A stretch of DNA of 64,000 bases from Phallusia mammillata. Lineage: Eukaryota. The position numbers and the translations under genes were made by a program. The notes beneath the pieces are model-generated. The model ran no database searches. It saw only the letters and a program-made list of their open reading frames with translations, and was not told the origin of the DNA. The stretch lies in assembly GCA_965637545.1 (NCBI GenBank), contig OZ281494.1, forward strand, positions 13,764,001-13,828,000, read 5' to 3'. Of the stretch, positions 12,301-23,749 are shown piece after piece. Numbering within the stretch: the first letter of the stretch is position 1; every line of letters starts with the position of its first letter.

Positions 12301-15300
12301 TCTTGATTTAAATACATGAAATTCGGTTACGATAATATATTAACATTTGATTTTCGATGCACTGCAAAATATAAAACCTGCAGATTTATCTTTTTAAAAA
12401 TTAAACGTCAGCGTTTTTATGTTTTATTTAAAAAAAAACTTGTTTATTTTCAGTTGAACCACCAACTTGTCCTCCAAACCACTTTACGTGCAGTAGCCGA
12501 AACGGGTGTGTCCCGATCAACTGGCTTTGCGACGGTAAACCCGAATGCGACGATAAATCCGATGAGATGGACTGTCCACCTTGCGCGCCTGACCAGTTCC
12601 AGTGCGGGTCCATAGTGTCCACTGCTGACCACGCCGGCAACAACAAACTGCTACTTGACAAGCTGGTTGAAGCCGCTGGCAGTCAGTGTGTGCCGAAGGA
12701 CGCAAGGTGCAACGGTCAAATTGACTGCAGAGACAGCAGCGATGAAATTCATTGTGGTGAGTTGTAGAAAAGCAGGCAAATATCAATGTAAAAGCGTCAA
12801 GTCATCATAGCTCCAGGACTGATATCAGTATGAATATATTCAACTGCACTGATGAGACATTATAGGTCGAAACTGTGTACATAGTCTGCAGCTTAGGCAA
12901 ATTTCAAATTCTAAAAAAATCGTTTCCTTTTTGGCCTATTTTGAGGTTTTGTTTTTAATGGATTTTTCTGTATTAAAGATTGCCTTGAAAACGAGTTTGA
13001 GTGTGCATCGGGTGAATGTATTCCTCTATCGAAGAAATGCAACCAGAAGAAAGATTGCAGTGATGGATCCGACGAAATATGCTCATCTCAAGGTACTTAT
13101 CGCCGTTTTGTAATGCTGGAACGAGTTAAATACAGCACGATTGTTCCCTACCCTGAAAACGTTCTGCTAGTTCTTTTGATCACTAAGCTGCAGACAGTGT
13201 TACCTATCAATTAATTGCTCCATTCATAAAAAGAACAAAATACATTTTGGGGTAATTTACTTTTTTGCTGTTTTTCTCGAAACCCATTTTCTCTTTTTTG
13301 CGACTTTTTCTCTTACTTTCTTTTTCTTTTTTCTCTCTTTCCATCTGACTCAGCTCTTTGGCCTCTATTTCATGGAACTCAATACTTGGTTCAGAACCAG
13401 CAGCACAACAACCGTTCTACTCCACTAATCGGTACTTAAAAACAAAACGCTCTTTAGCGACCTCAACCGAGTATTAACAATGTCACGTGACTTTACCAGG
13501 TACCGCCCAGTCAGACCCTGACAACACGTATGTGATTGTGATCGGGATTTTCTGTGGATGTGTCTTACTCATCGGGATCGTTGTCTTCCTTCGTCATTGT
13601 ATGGTAAGTGAGAAACAGTCAGTACCTTGCACCTTTGCGCCGAACTTTCCAAATTGCCTAAAATGTCGATAGCAAAATTAGGGTGATGGATTGCTTGTGT
13701 TGGAGAGTTATGTATGAGCCTTAGTATATAATTTGCAATTTCATTGACAATAATCGCTTTTTTCAGCAGATTTGTATTGTAAAATAACTGACGCCTGGCA
13801 GCAACATCCTTTTATTGGGTATTTTTGTGCCCTTCTTAAAACTTATCTGCCTCAACATTTGAAGGAGTTGATTTTATAATATTTGAAGTCCAGCTTGACG
13901 AATAGAAAAACTCTCTCTATGTTTCATCATAAGTGATCAAAAGACTCCAGAATAACATATGGTCACTTCTACCTACGATTTTCTCATAAACAAAAGAAAC
14001 GCACAATGTTGTAAATACAGAACCTACTGTGTTTCGTGTACAGGCGCACAACAACTCTTCCTATTCGACTCCGGTGTTTCTGTGGTCACCGGGTAATCTC
14101 AACTCGAACCTCAACGTCAATCTCGAGTTCCAACAGCACGTGGATCCCGCGGACCCGGCGAGTCATCGCACAAGCGCGAGTGGCAACAGTGGAGACGCAG
14201 GCCACAAGAAAGCATCAAGCAACGGGCCTTCCCATTCAACTACATCATTTAACGTGTCTATTGTCCACCCCAGAGGCCGGTCTGCGGCCCATTCTAAAGG
14301 CATTCCGTTGCGTGTAATACACCCCGGAGTCAATTCGGCGTTGGCGGCTCCCTGGCCCGGTTATCCCTATGCTGTAAGAGGCAACGAAACTGTGGTAGTG
14401 GATAGACCTGGAATCCCCGGCGCGTCGAGCAGTTCAAGCTCCAAAACGGTGGTGAATTGCTTTCCGGAGGTAAGACTTTTGCTTCTCTGGATCTACGTAC
14501 AGTTATATCTAGTGTTTTCACTGTGGGTCTTGAAAGGGTTTCAATCAGACTCATTCATTTTAATAGCAAGAGTCCCCTTTGTTTGTTCGTATGGTTCATA
14601 TTGTAATATTTTACCACTTACCGCTGATTTGTTCCCACGTTTTTGTCAAAAGAGTGGTTATGACTTAAAATTTTGGCACATAACGAGTAAACATCAATGC
14701 ACTCTACTCTTAACTTTTGTATGTCGATATGCGGCTGTCCACAAACTATTGTCCTGTGCAAGAAATTCCACCTTGACATATGCAAGGCCGTTTATCTTTG
14801 TGCCCCGGTGTATAAACTGTTGCTTTTTTCCAGACCTGGAACCCACCACCCTCCCCCGCAACAGACAGGTCTGAAGGAAAGAGTGGTGAGTGTTATTACC
14901 CTGAAGCTCCTCTACCACGCCCTCCCTACCACCACAAGTGCAGGAGCAGTCGAGGACACAGGTAACTTTTGCTATGTTCTTGATGTATGTAATGCAACAT
15001 TTAATTCGATAATACGAAATGCATTGATTTGTACTGATTAAGGTTTGGTTCGGTTTTATGTTGCATGGCTGACAAGGGTTTGAAAAAAATACGATTCGTA
15101 ACGTTTTGTGCACCAGGTTATAATTATTGTTAGAAAACTTGAACGGCGCGCGCACAAAGGTTAACGAGAACTGAACATCATTACAGACGCCAACACCATC
15201 GGAATACTGGACCACCGCCACCAACACCTTGTACCACTGAAGACAACTGCGACGACGCTGAAGTCTGCAGCAAATCACGCGCGTATGTCAACACAAGCAA

Positions 15301-16060
15301 ACGTGGGGCTGCAGGAAGTCGTTCTGGTGGTAGCAGCGGCGGTAGCGTTCCCCATGATCCACCGCCACCCTATTTCCGCCATCACCACCATCAGTGCTGC
15401 TATCATTGCCCGCAACACTACAGCGGTCACCAGCAGAGAGGATGCCACCACTTCTCGCCTGCTTACCACCATTCGCGCTGTGACGGTATGGAAAACTCGT
15501 CAAGCTCGTCGTCGCGTTGCCAATCATGCGACTGCCAAAACTCAGATACGGCTGACTGTTCGTGTACTGAGGCATCGCAGCCGTCCTGTCCTCCTTCCTA
15601 CCACGGCAGGCAGCGATCCAGTAGGAGGCGCTCGGCGCGCAAATACACGAGCGATTTGAATTACGATTCGGATCCGTTTGCGCCGCCGCCCACCCCACAC
15701 AGTCAGTATTTGTCCGAGTGCTGCTATACGCATGGTGAAACGACAGAGGCCGACGAACCCTTGGAGGACGACATCCCTGAGCAGGCCAATCGGGAAGTGG
15801 AAGAGATCACATCTCGGATAGACGAAGGGTCGGAATCAGATAGACTGCTTGAAGGCGCTGCGGAGCCAGACTTTTTTGATCCTAACGAGTTGGATGAAAT
15901 TGAAGAGGAGGACGAGGAAGGAAGAACAACGGATGATGCAGACACAGTTTTGCTCGCTCCCAGACAAGGTGGGGATGTTTCCGCCCGGACGTCCCCATCC
16001 ATTACGGAGCGGAGCTTTTTTGCTCGTAACCCCCCACCATCTCCAGTGTCATCTTCCTAA
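368..16060 (+). CDS. LRP5/6: LRP5/6 (Arrow) Wnt co-receptor, 5'-truncated by the window; end of YWTD propeller 2, propellers 3-4 with EGF modules, 3 LDLa repeats, TM, PPP(S/T)P tail
   Basis: Phase-consistent GT-AG exons: 368-503, 1489-1699, 3964-4197, 6868-7094, 7469-7656, 8037-8175, 8664-8857, 9216-9406, 9796-9894, 9977-10081, 10363-10490, 10725-10874, 10975-11113, 11363-11486, 11931-12050, 12454-12756, 12979-13092, 13500-13603, 14044-14469, 14834-14961, 15187-16060 (TAA). Motifs: [96 protein letters not shown], terminal [10 protein letters not shown]. Confidence 0.96.
841..1304. mobile_element. Non-autonomous hAT-type MITE in an LRP5/6 intron
   Basis: TIRs TAGAGATGTACCGAAT / ATTCGGTACATCACTA (1 mismatch). 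Perfect 8-bp TSD GTTATGAC at 833-840 and 1305-1312. Subterminal clusters of TTCGGCCGAA-like motifs at both ends. Confidence 0.93.
5607..5634. promoter_or_regulatory. Candidate GLI/Zic binding-site cluster in an LRP5/6 intron
   Basis: CCCGCTGTG (5617-5625, ZicL-type site) directly abuts GACCACCCA (5626-5634, canonical GLI consensus), inside an inverted repeat GTGGTCCA...TGGACCAC. Motif match only. Confidence 0.3.
5772..5829. repeat. 21-bp tandem repeat (GAGCCTTGCGTTTCGTTGAAC x ~2.8)
   Basis: Two exact units at 5772-5792 and 5793-5813, plus a partial third at 5814-5829. Confidence 0.9.
8306..8474. mobile_element. Tc1/mariner-pogo (Tigger-like) MITE
   Basis: TIRs CAGTCAACCTCGGTTAATC / GATTAACCGAGGTTTACTG, with TA on both flanks (TA TSD). 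Confidence 0.88.
11537..11679. mobile_element. Degenerate Charlie-like hAT MITE remnant
   Basis: Left end ATGGTTCTCAACCTGGG, right end GGAAACACTG, internal GGGGTCCG motifs. No recognisable TSD. Confidence 0.4.
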
Positions 16061-17073
16061 CTTGTTCATTTTGCCAATATAATTTCGCATACACCTCTTG
16101 CGCATTCGTGTTTGGTGCCCACGTGTTGCGCCCATTTATAAATATTGCATTGTTTCTCATTTTTAACCCTATCTCCATTCATTGTAGGGTGCTTTTTTTA
16201 AGCAGTTTTCGAATGATAACATTCACAGCTCAAATCTTGCAGAAAGTCTTTAATTTTTTGGTCGCGTTTTGTATATTGTTTCTTGATCAAGTTTTTACAG
16301 CATCGACGTTTGTGTTTTTTGTTTTCCTGCCACCCATCGTGTTTATTGTGTTGCCGTGTCTTACTTCTACGACCTCATGCGTCGCGCGGAGTTCGTTTGA
16401 TTCCCAGACTTCATGATGCCTTATCATCATCGGTCGTAAGCCTGTAGCTGCCTGTTACACACCACGTAACCATCACTGGCCTTTGTTGGGACTTGAATAC
16501 AAAACTACATAAAATCGCCTTACAAGTAAATAACGCACATGTGTTGTTATCTTTGTTACATGCAGCATATGGCATGGTTTTCGAAAAAAGAGTAAATTCA
16601 ATAGCTTTGCGAAATACATACCTCACTTGCCTAAGCAATTCGCGTCCAACAATGTAATTGCGCCCTTTGTACATATTTTTCGCCATTGGACGGTTTATTT
16701 TTGTTTACGTGGCATACGAAAGCACACCATCCACTGAGCCCTGAATGATTTGGTGAAACTGAAGGCGTTTCCTGTTTTATGGCATTCGCCCTTCCTCTAG
16801 GACTAGGTGACATAAATTCTAATGCAGTTCCAGTACAACGCTTGTTTTTACATCTTTTTTGGATGTTTTTATTCTGTCGAAGCAACCTTAATTTTGCAGT
16901 TTTATAAAGCTTTGTAATTTTTCACGAATCGCAGTTCTCTTGAACTCGAGGTTGTTGTCGATTTTGGCCGCAACGCCTCTGGTCTCTGCAGTTTTTATAC
17001 GTTTGCCGTATTATCACACGGACTTCTGTACAAAACTATTGTGTGTGTGTGTTTTCTATTTTACTTGACTTTG

Positions 17074-17079
17074 AATAAA
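17074..17079 (+). terminator. Candidate polyadenylation signal of LRP5/6
   Basis: AATAAA about 1 kb downstream of the stop codon, followed by T-rich sequence. Not unique evidence. Confidence 0.35.
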
Positions 17080-17271
17080 ATCCACTTTTCGGTCGTATTT
17101 GGCTTGTCCTTAACCTCCATTCATTATCAACTTAGCAAAGTGTGTCCCAAATACAATTATCGGGATTTTTTAACTTGAAGCAGCAACAAAAGTGCTACGA
17201 TTTGAAAATACTCAGTTTATCGTCGGTAGCAGCTGATATGACTTAATTGCAGTCGTAACTGTCGCTTACAA

Positions 17272-18112
17272 CAGTGGTTCTCAAAGTATGGGTCGCGACC
17301 CAAACATGGGTCGCGCAGGGTCAAAAAATGGGTCGCGCTATGGTGATTCAATTCTGAACGAACTATTACTGCATTAAGTAAACACAAACAAATTTGCCTA
17401 ACGTAGAAGTAAAGTCACCTCACCACGTTGTACAGTAAAGTGACCTCATCATTACCACATACAGACGACAATAGGCTTTCAACTTTACTGTTAGGCAAAT
17501 GGCGATTGTAACATCGTAGCACGGGAAATAATAGGACAGGTTAATCATGCGAAACCGAACTTGGAGATGTAGCAGTAAGCGTTTAAGGATGAATAAGCAT
17601 TCGTACAAGGAAACATTTTTAGATTTGGGATTCACTTCTATCAACGATCATAGTGCTGCAAAGCCACGATGTGTGTTATGCAGTGTTGTCGAACGAATCG
17701 ACCTCGTTAAGCCTGCAGCCATTTTGACATGGGCAGACTCCTATGCGGCGACGACGTGGCCTCAAAATTTTTGTTATCGAACAGCATAGTTAAAAGTCGA
17801 ATCACAGACCTTTTACTGAATATAAAATATCAAGTGGAACTCTCTTGAATGAAAAATTCCGTGCATTGAAAAGAGCCGTGTATTGAACATTTATGAAGGA
17901 AAAATTTCAATTTAATCAAACACGCTAAAATCAATCAATCATTTGTTTGTAATAAATCACTGTTTCATGGTACTGTGTACTACAACTGGCCGTCAGCGTC
18001 TTTTTTCATGCATATCAGAAAAAAATACATTTTTTGATGTTTGAGGCTTGGGCCGTGAGATGTTCATAAAACTCAGATTTGGGTCGCGGTCAAAAAAGTT
18101 TGAGAACCACTG
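17272..18112 (+). mobile_element. hAT (Charlie/Buster-type) internal-deletion derivative with a transposase N-terminal remnant
   Basis: TIR CAGTGGTTCTCAAA / TTTGAGAACCACTG. Perfect 8-bp TSD GCTTACAA (17264-17271, 18113-18120). GGGTCGCG subterminal motifs. Internal ORF 17547+ reads KHSYKETFLDLGFTSINDHSAAKPRCVLC, resembling the BED-finger N-terminus of Buster/Charlie transposases. Confidence 0.92.
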
Positions 18113-18521
18113 GCTTACAACAACAGAAGTTGATCATCACGCTACATCTCCAATAGCCACAATTTTGGATGCAATGCAAATCACAAGTATTTTCCAGATA
18201 CAATAAATAAAAGTTAATGTATTGTAAGACTTGTACTTTGTTGTCATGGGATTACATTTTTCTGAAACAAATATTATTTGCTAAGATAAAAAAAATCTGC
18301 CATTGTAAATAAATAATTACATGTCAGGACTGAGAAATTCCTTTTTTCACACAAGAGTTCAGTAAACCTATTATTATAAGTACCCTGCTTGTTACGTTTT
18401 GTAAATTGTCGTACTTTGCTACATCTTGTTAAGCTTTTCCCAAATCAGCGTTTGTCCGAATTCATTTCGCACCCTGGGTTATTTTGTCATGGTTCGTGAG
18501 CATAACGGCTCGAAATCGCAA

Positions 18522-18667
18522 CAGGGGTTGTGACTTTTTCGTGACACTTGTCACTGTTAGTGACAGGCGTCAATGACAGGGCTGGGGTGTCACTAAATCG
18601 GTGACAGGGCGCCACTAAATCAGTGACAGGGCAAAAACAGTGACACGGCAAAATCGGTGACAGGGCG
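18522..18667. repeat. Left GTGACAGGG-motif block with outward TIR-like end (CAGGGGTTGTGAC)
   Basis: Several GTGACA(G/C)GG units with 22-bp periodicity (CACTAAATCAGTGACAGGGCGC). The first ~55 bp align by eye with the reverse complement of 24800-24858. Confidence 0.7.
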
Positions 18668-20232
18668 TTCTTGCGTTCTTCTTGCGATAGTATGAACACA
18701 AGCGAATTTATTAGGTCTTTGCTTGTAAGGGTTTTCTTTAAAAATTGCAAGCAGCAAAGGTTTTAAATCTAAATTTCGTGCAAAAATGTACCTCATGACT
18801 TTTTGGTATAATCTTTAAATTCTGCAAGCAGCAAAGGTAAGTGTGTTTTTGAACTTTCATTGCCTGCCAGGCAGTCTGATGAGCTCTAACAGGGCGAAAA
18901 AGTTCAATCAATTTGTTTTAAGTAGTTTTTTTTTATTATGTAAACATGTCTAACCTCTGTTTTGTGCCACATTGTCATATCTGAATATTTAACAATATGT
19001 AATGTTATGTGCAAAAAGAGGAGATTATCTGAGTTTCCAAACAAAAAAACGTTTTGTACACATGAAGATCAACACGTTTAAAGCTGCTCAAAAAAATAGT
19101 GCATCTAGAATTTCCTAGCTTCAGGACAATGTTACAAGTGGTAATGTCTTTTTACCCATTTAAACTGATTCTGCCATATTTACACAAAAAATTGTTGATG
19201 TTTTTTGTTTTATTTTTTTTTGCAGACAGCCACAAACATTTAACGATTGGAAACCCAAGATTTAAAGATAACCAAGATTAACACAAGTATTTGGTTGTTG
19301 TTATTGGTGTTTGAGGTGTTGTATTTAATTGCACCTTTGAATTGTGTGCACATATTTGTAATTGTCAATGTCTACTTGGAGATTTAAGTTTATACATTAT
19401 ATAACCAGAGATTTTAAAAAATACTGTGTTTCGACAAAATAAAGAAAAAAACAACTGCAAATGAATCACCATGTTTCGAGTTTGTTAAAAGGGGTTAAAT
19501 GGCTAAAAAACAAAATTAAGTTTAATATGGTTCATTATTTTAAAGTTATTTTGTGGCCAACTTAGCCAATTATATTCGCTCTGTGCGATAAATTTCTAAG
19601 TGTGTTTAAATTGGTATGGATGTTTTATGTGTTTGTTAGGTTAGGAATTCCATAGGTTCTGTAATTTAAATAGCTTGTTACCTGGTAAACAATCAAATTC
19701 ATTGAGTTCGCAAATTTCATTTGGAAACATGGGCAGGAAGAGTCCAGAAGCTTTGATGAAAGCTGACCAGAAGCAGAAACGCTCTACTGATCTTTCACAT
19801 GTATGTGTTCGAGCAATCAATAATTGTAGTTCTGTAGTGAATAATGTATTATTGATTCAATAATTCTTGTGTATAACAGTATTTTACTTTAAAATCTCTT
19901 ATTTGTTGAAATATTTTCAAGTCCGAGTCAGAAAATGCTCTTTTTGTTCATTCTACAAAAACGTTTTTATTACACACAGTGATTTGTTACCAAATGTGTT
20001 ATTTCAGGATGGTGTATCAGCAAGCAAGTCAATATCTTACAAGATGCACGTGTTTTAGACTCTCCACAGAGTATGAGGTGTGTTGAAGGTTTAAATGGTT
20101 CAGTAAATTTAAAGTCCATTTTTCAATGGTTTTACTAGCTCTGCTGTAAAATATTGTCATGTGATGAGTTTTATCAAAATCCTAAATTTAACTATAAGCA
20201 TGCACTAATGGGTTGTGCAAATTTTGTTTTAG

Positions 20233-22400
20233 TTAAGCATTTGCAATTGCAAGCACATACTGCGCATGACTATTGGTGAACGTCATTCAGTTGTCAACCC
20301 ACAAAGATGGCTCTGCAACACTTGCCTTACAACTGAGTCTGTTTGGACATGTCTAAGCTACCCTAATGTTGCTTGTGGAAGGTAGGAACCATGGTCAAAA
20401 CACAAAACAAAATGTTCTACAGTCTATAAAAATGAATAAATAATGTGTGGACTGTTTTGGATGACCATTTGAATATTTATAAAATGGTATATAACCTACA
20501 GATATATCCATGAACATGCATTAAACCAGTGGTTCCTAACCTTTTTGGTGTGGTTTCCCATTAAAGTAAATCACCAAGTTCGAATTTCCCCCTCTGTTAT
20601 TTTTATAATAATGTTTTGTGCCCAACATTAACAAAAAATTATTCTTTAATCAAAAAAATTTTGTGAAGTGATTTTGTCGGGACCTTAAAGGTATACTGCA
20701 ATCTTATTTATATGTCATGTACTTGCAATAGTCATTTATCGCATCACAATCAACAGACCAAATGCATTTATTCGCGAACAATAACAAAGTCATTGATACT
20801 TTTAGTAATGTCTGTGACGTAACAAACGATTGTTGGATTTTTATGCGCCTTGCAAAACTAGGTGAAGTTAATCTTACATGTTGTTGCGGAAAATATTGTA
20901 TTAAATTAACTTTCAACGGTTAATTTAATAAAAAAAGCCCAAGTTTGGTGACTTCTAACTCACATAATTTCCCTCTAAAAACATTAAATTTCCCACTAGT
21001 GGGAAATTTCCCACCGGTTAAGAACCACTGCATTAAACCATTATTTGGAATCTGGTCATCCATTAGTGATTGATGTCAATGAACTCTATGTATATTGCTA
21101 TGCTTGTAAAGAATATGTTCTCAATGACAACAAATCGGGGAACATCAAGGTGCTACGTGAAACTTTACAGGTAGGCAAATTTGCGTTATTATCTTTTTTA
21201 AATTGTAGTTGTGTCAGTCCAAACAATTCTGTGGCATGGTTTCTTGGTCGGAAATTGCCTGGAAAATAATTTATGTTGTATCATGTGACAAAAAGTATTA
21301 GCCCATAAATTTTGTTTGTAAAATTTCAATAATATTAAGTTAAACAATTTAGGCTGCTTTTGTGCAGTAGGTAAAATTTGAACAGTTTATGTATTGTGTG
21401 CCATAGTAAATATTAAAACTTCAATCAGAAATTCTTAACATTTCTCCAGGCAATTAGATACCAAAACTTTACTGGCACAACTCGTAGTGGACACACACAC
21501 TGAGGACAGCCACAATAAGTGCAGATGAAGATGTTCAAATGAGGAGAAGATTACAGCAGCAACAACTTGATAGAGATGATACACTTTTCACTGCCATTTG
21601 GCATTCAAGGTACTTTTTCACACCGTAAAAGTGCACAAAATTGTGTTACTCCAAAAATTCGATGCCCAAATTTGCCAATTTTCATAAGATTACATAATTT
21701 TAGTTTTTTTTGTCTTTACTATGTAGGTTTGTTTGACAAAGAAAAACCTTCAGAAACTGGCAGAACTATGTTCGTAACAAGGACCAACACTGTCAGAGTG
21801 ATGACGAACAACCATGTGCTACAGTCACACTACAGTGAAACACAGAACTACAAGAAGACTTCATTGGAAAACTCGATGACCACCTTGAAACCTTGTCAGA
21901 ATTAAAGATCTGCAACAAGTTAATGCTGATTTTCCATTAAACACAGAAAGGAAGGGGATTGATACAAGGTTAATAAGGGAAATTACACTTGATCCTGTTT
22001 AAGGTGTTTTACCAGCATTATCTGTTGTGTGGCAGTGCAAGGTCTGATTATGTGGAAAAAATCAATACTGGTGTCTTATTTCAGTAAAACACCATCTCCA
22101 GACTGTTCTGTATTTACTCTATCCAAATTGAATACCACATTTCATTTTTTTAGGTGCTCGGTCATTTGCAAAAGTTCCGCCGATGTTTACTTGCCGTTTG
22201 TGACATCGAAATGGATGAAACCACTGGGTGCTACGAAGATCCACAAGTTTCGCCATCAAGCAAGTTATGAGTCGCTGGAGGAAGGTCCACCATAGAAATA
22301 AGAGCCATGGCATTTTAGCAGGCTAGTCTTTTGCCAGAAACAATCTATTCGAGCAACTGCTTGTATACAGAAAATACTTACATCTCATGACAACTCAGGT
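20233..22400 (+). pseudogene. USP44/49: Decayed, intron-containing USP44/USP49-like deubiquitinase copy (ZnF-UBP plus start of the catalytic domain)
   Basis: Exons 20233-20381 (CKHILRMTIGERHSVVNPQRWLCNTCLTTESVWTCLSYPNVACGR), 20502-21170 (YIHEHALN[MITE]HYLESGHPLVIDVNELYVYCYACKEYVLNDN), 21450-21609 (AIRYQNFTGTTRSG...FTAIWHSR), 21727+ (V*QRKTFRNW) and ~22152+ (VLGHLQKFRRCLL). Lesions: MITE inside an exon, +2 CA slippage at 21491-21500, in-frame TGA at 21734-21736, no Cys-box exon found. Confidence 0.9.
20527..21030. mobile_element. hAT MITE (family A, copy 1) inserted in a USP44/49 coding exon
   Basis: TIR CAGTGGTTCCTAACC / GGTTAAGAACCACTG. Perfect TSD CATTAAAC (20519-20526, 21031-21038). Removing the element plus one TSD restores the frame E-H-A-L-N-H-Y-L-E-S. 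Confidence 0.95.
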
Positions 22401-23082
22401 TTACTTGTAGTAGGGATTTGACTTGAGGACTCAAGTCTAAATCAATGACATTTCTTAGAAATAAGGAAAATAAACTTTTTAAAGACCTTGCCTTTCAAAA
22501 TAAGGTCAAGTCTTCGAAATAAGAATAGGATGGCGACCCTGAGTATAAGATATACAATATAATTAAGGCAAGTTTAAATCGTTTTATGTAAACAAGGCAC
22601 TAAACTTTACCAGTTTTAGTTCAATTCCACACAGACTATTAAGATTTTACTTATAGCCTCACTCGGGTTGGTAGTGTACCTCACACTGTGCTTCATGGAC
22701 AAAGCGCCTCATGGCGATATCCCTGACATATAACTTCTCAATATGGCTGTAGACTAGCCTGCTAAAATGCCATGGCTCTTATAAAGGCAAAGCTTTGTTT
22801 CATTTGGTATGAAAATGTATTGGTAAGACCATTAAATATTTTCTAGTCTTGGCAATGTCCTGTTTGCTTATAAATTGTGATGTTATGGATGTGTGTATTG
22901 GTTTATTCTATTTGTTGTTTTCTTAACTGAAGTCTGTCCACGCCAGATGGTAGATATGGTCATGTAAATGTGCCATAACAGCTCCAGTATTTAACCCACT
23001 AGCAGCCCAAGTTATAAACCTTTCTTATAATCCGACACACTCCGGGCTGGTTGCTTTGGCAGTTTTGACAGCCTGAAACAAT

Positions 23083-23355
23083 GGGTGGTACTAAATACTG
23101 CATGTTACCGTATGTTATTCTGCTTAAAATACTGCATGGTATGTGAAATGCGAGAATACAAGCCCCAACAAGGGAAAATTAGACCAGATTATAGCATTGT
23201 TTTAATTACAAACCTTCACCCAACCAGAATAGCTCTAACCGTTAGCGCTTTCAAAAGTTCGCAAAACTATATTTTCGTAAAGGCATATTCAAGTCCTTTA
23301 CAACTTCCTGCCATGTTATAACATGCGGTATACCATGCGGTATTTAGTACCACCG
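23083..23355. mobile_element. MITE with 8-bp TSD, superfamily unassigned
   Basis: TIR GGGTGGTACTAAATAC / GTATTTAGTACCACCG. TSD GAAACAAT at 23075-23082 and 23356-23363. Subterminal CATGCGGTA-like repeats. Confidence 0.85.
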
Positions 23356-23749
23356 GAAACAATCGCCTATCGGCGTTACAATTTAAAAGTGTTGATTGGG
23401 TGATTGTGGTTTGATTTTTTATTATTTTGCACGTAGCATCCCCCCTAAGATGGGTATTTTTTTTTGAATTTTAAGTGTCAATTGCATTGTTACAGGAGAG
23501 TATTAATCTATATACTGAAAGCTAGAGAATATCGTGTGCTTGCTTAGCTTTTTAAGTTCTTTATCACACCTTGTCTTCACTTTAAGCATTCATAAATTCG
23601 TTGTTTTTTGTTCAGTAATAAAAGCTGTCTGAAATAGTTTGTCATGCTTTAGAATTACTGTAAAAGTTTTTGTACCAACACCAATATTTTTGGAAAACTC
23701 AAAACAAAAGCTAGTTAAAACAAACAAAAGAGTCATTTAACACAGTAAG

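Noticed and set aside
14029-14874. 281-aa ORF as a stand-alone protein
   Set aside because: It is LRP5/6 exon 14044-14469 read through into the following intron; the donor GAG|GTAAG at 14469 and the in-phase next exon explain it.
16108-16416. Hydrophobic 102-aa ORF
   Set aside because: It lies in the T-rich LRP5/6 3' UTR, starts at GTG, and its hydrophobicity reflects T-richness; no family motif.
23507-23714. Non-autonomous Helitron (A|TCTATATACT...CTAG|T)
   Set aside because: The termini fit, but there is no convincing subterminal GC hairpin and no second copy in the window.
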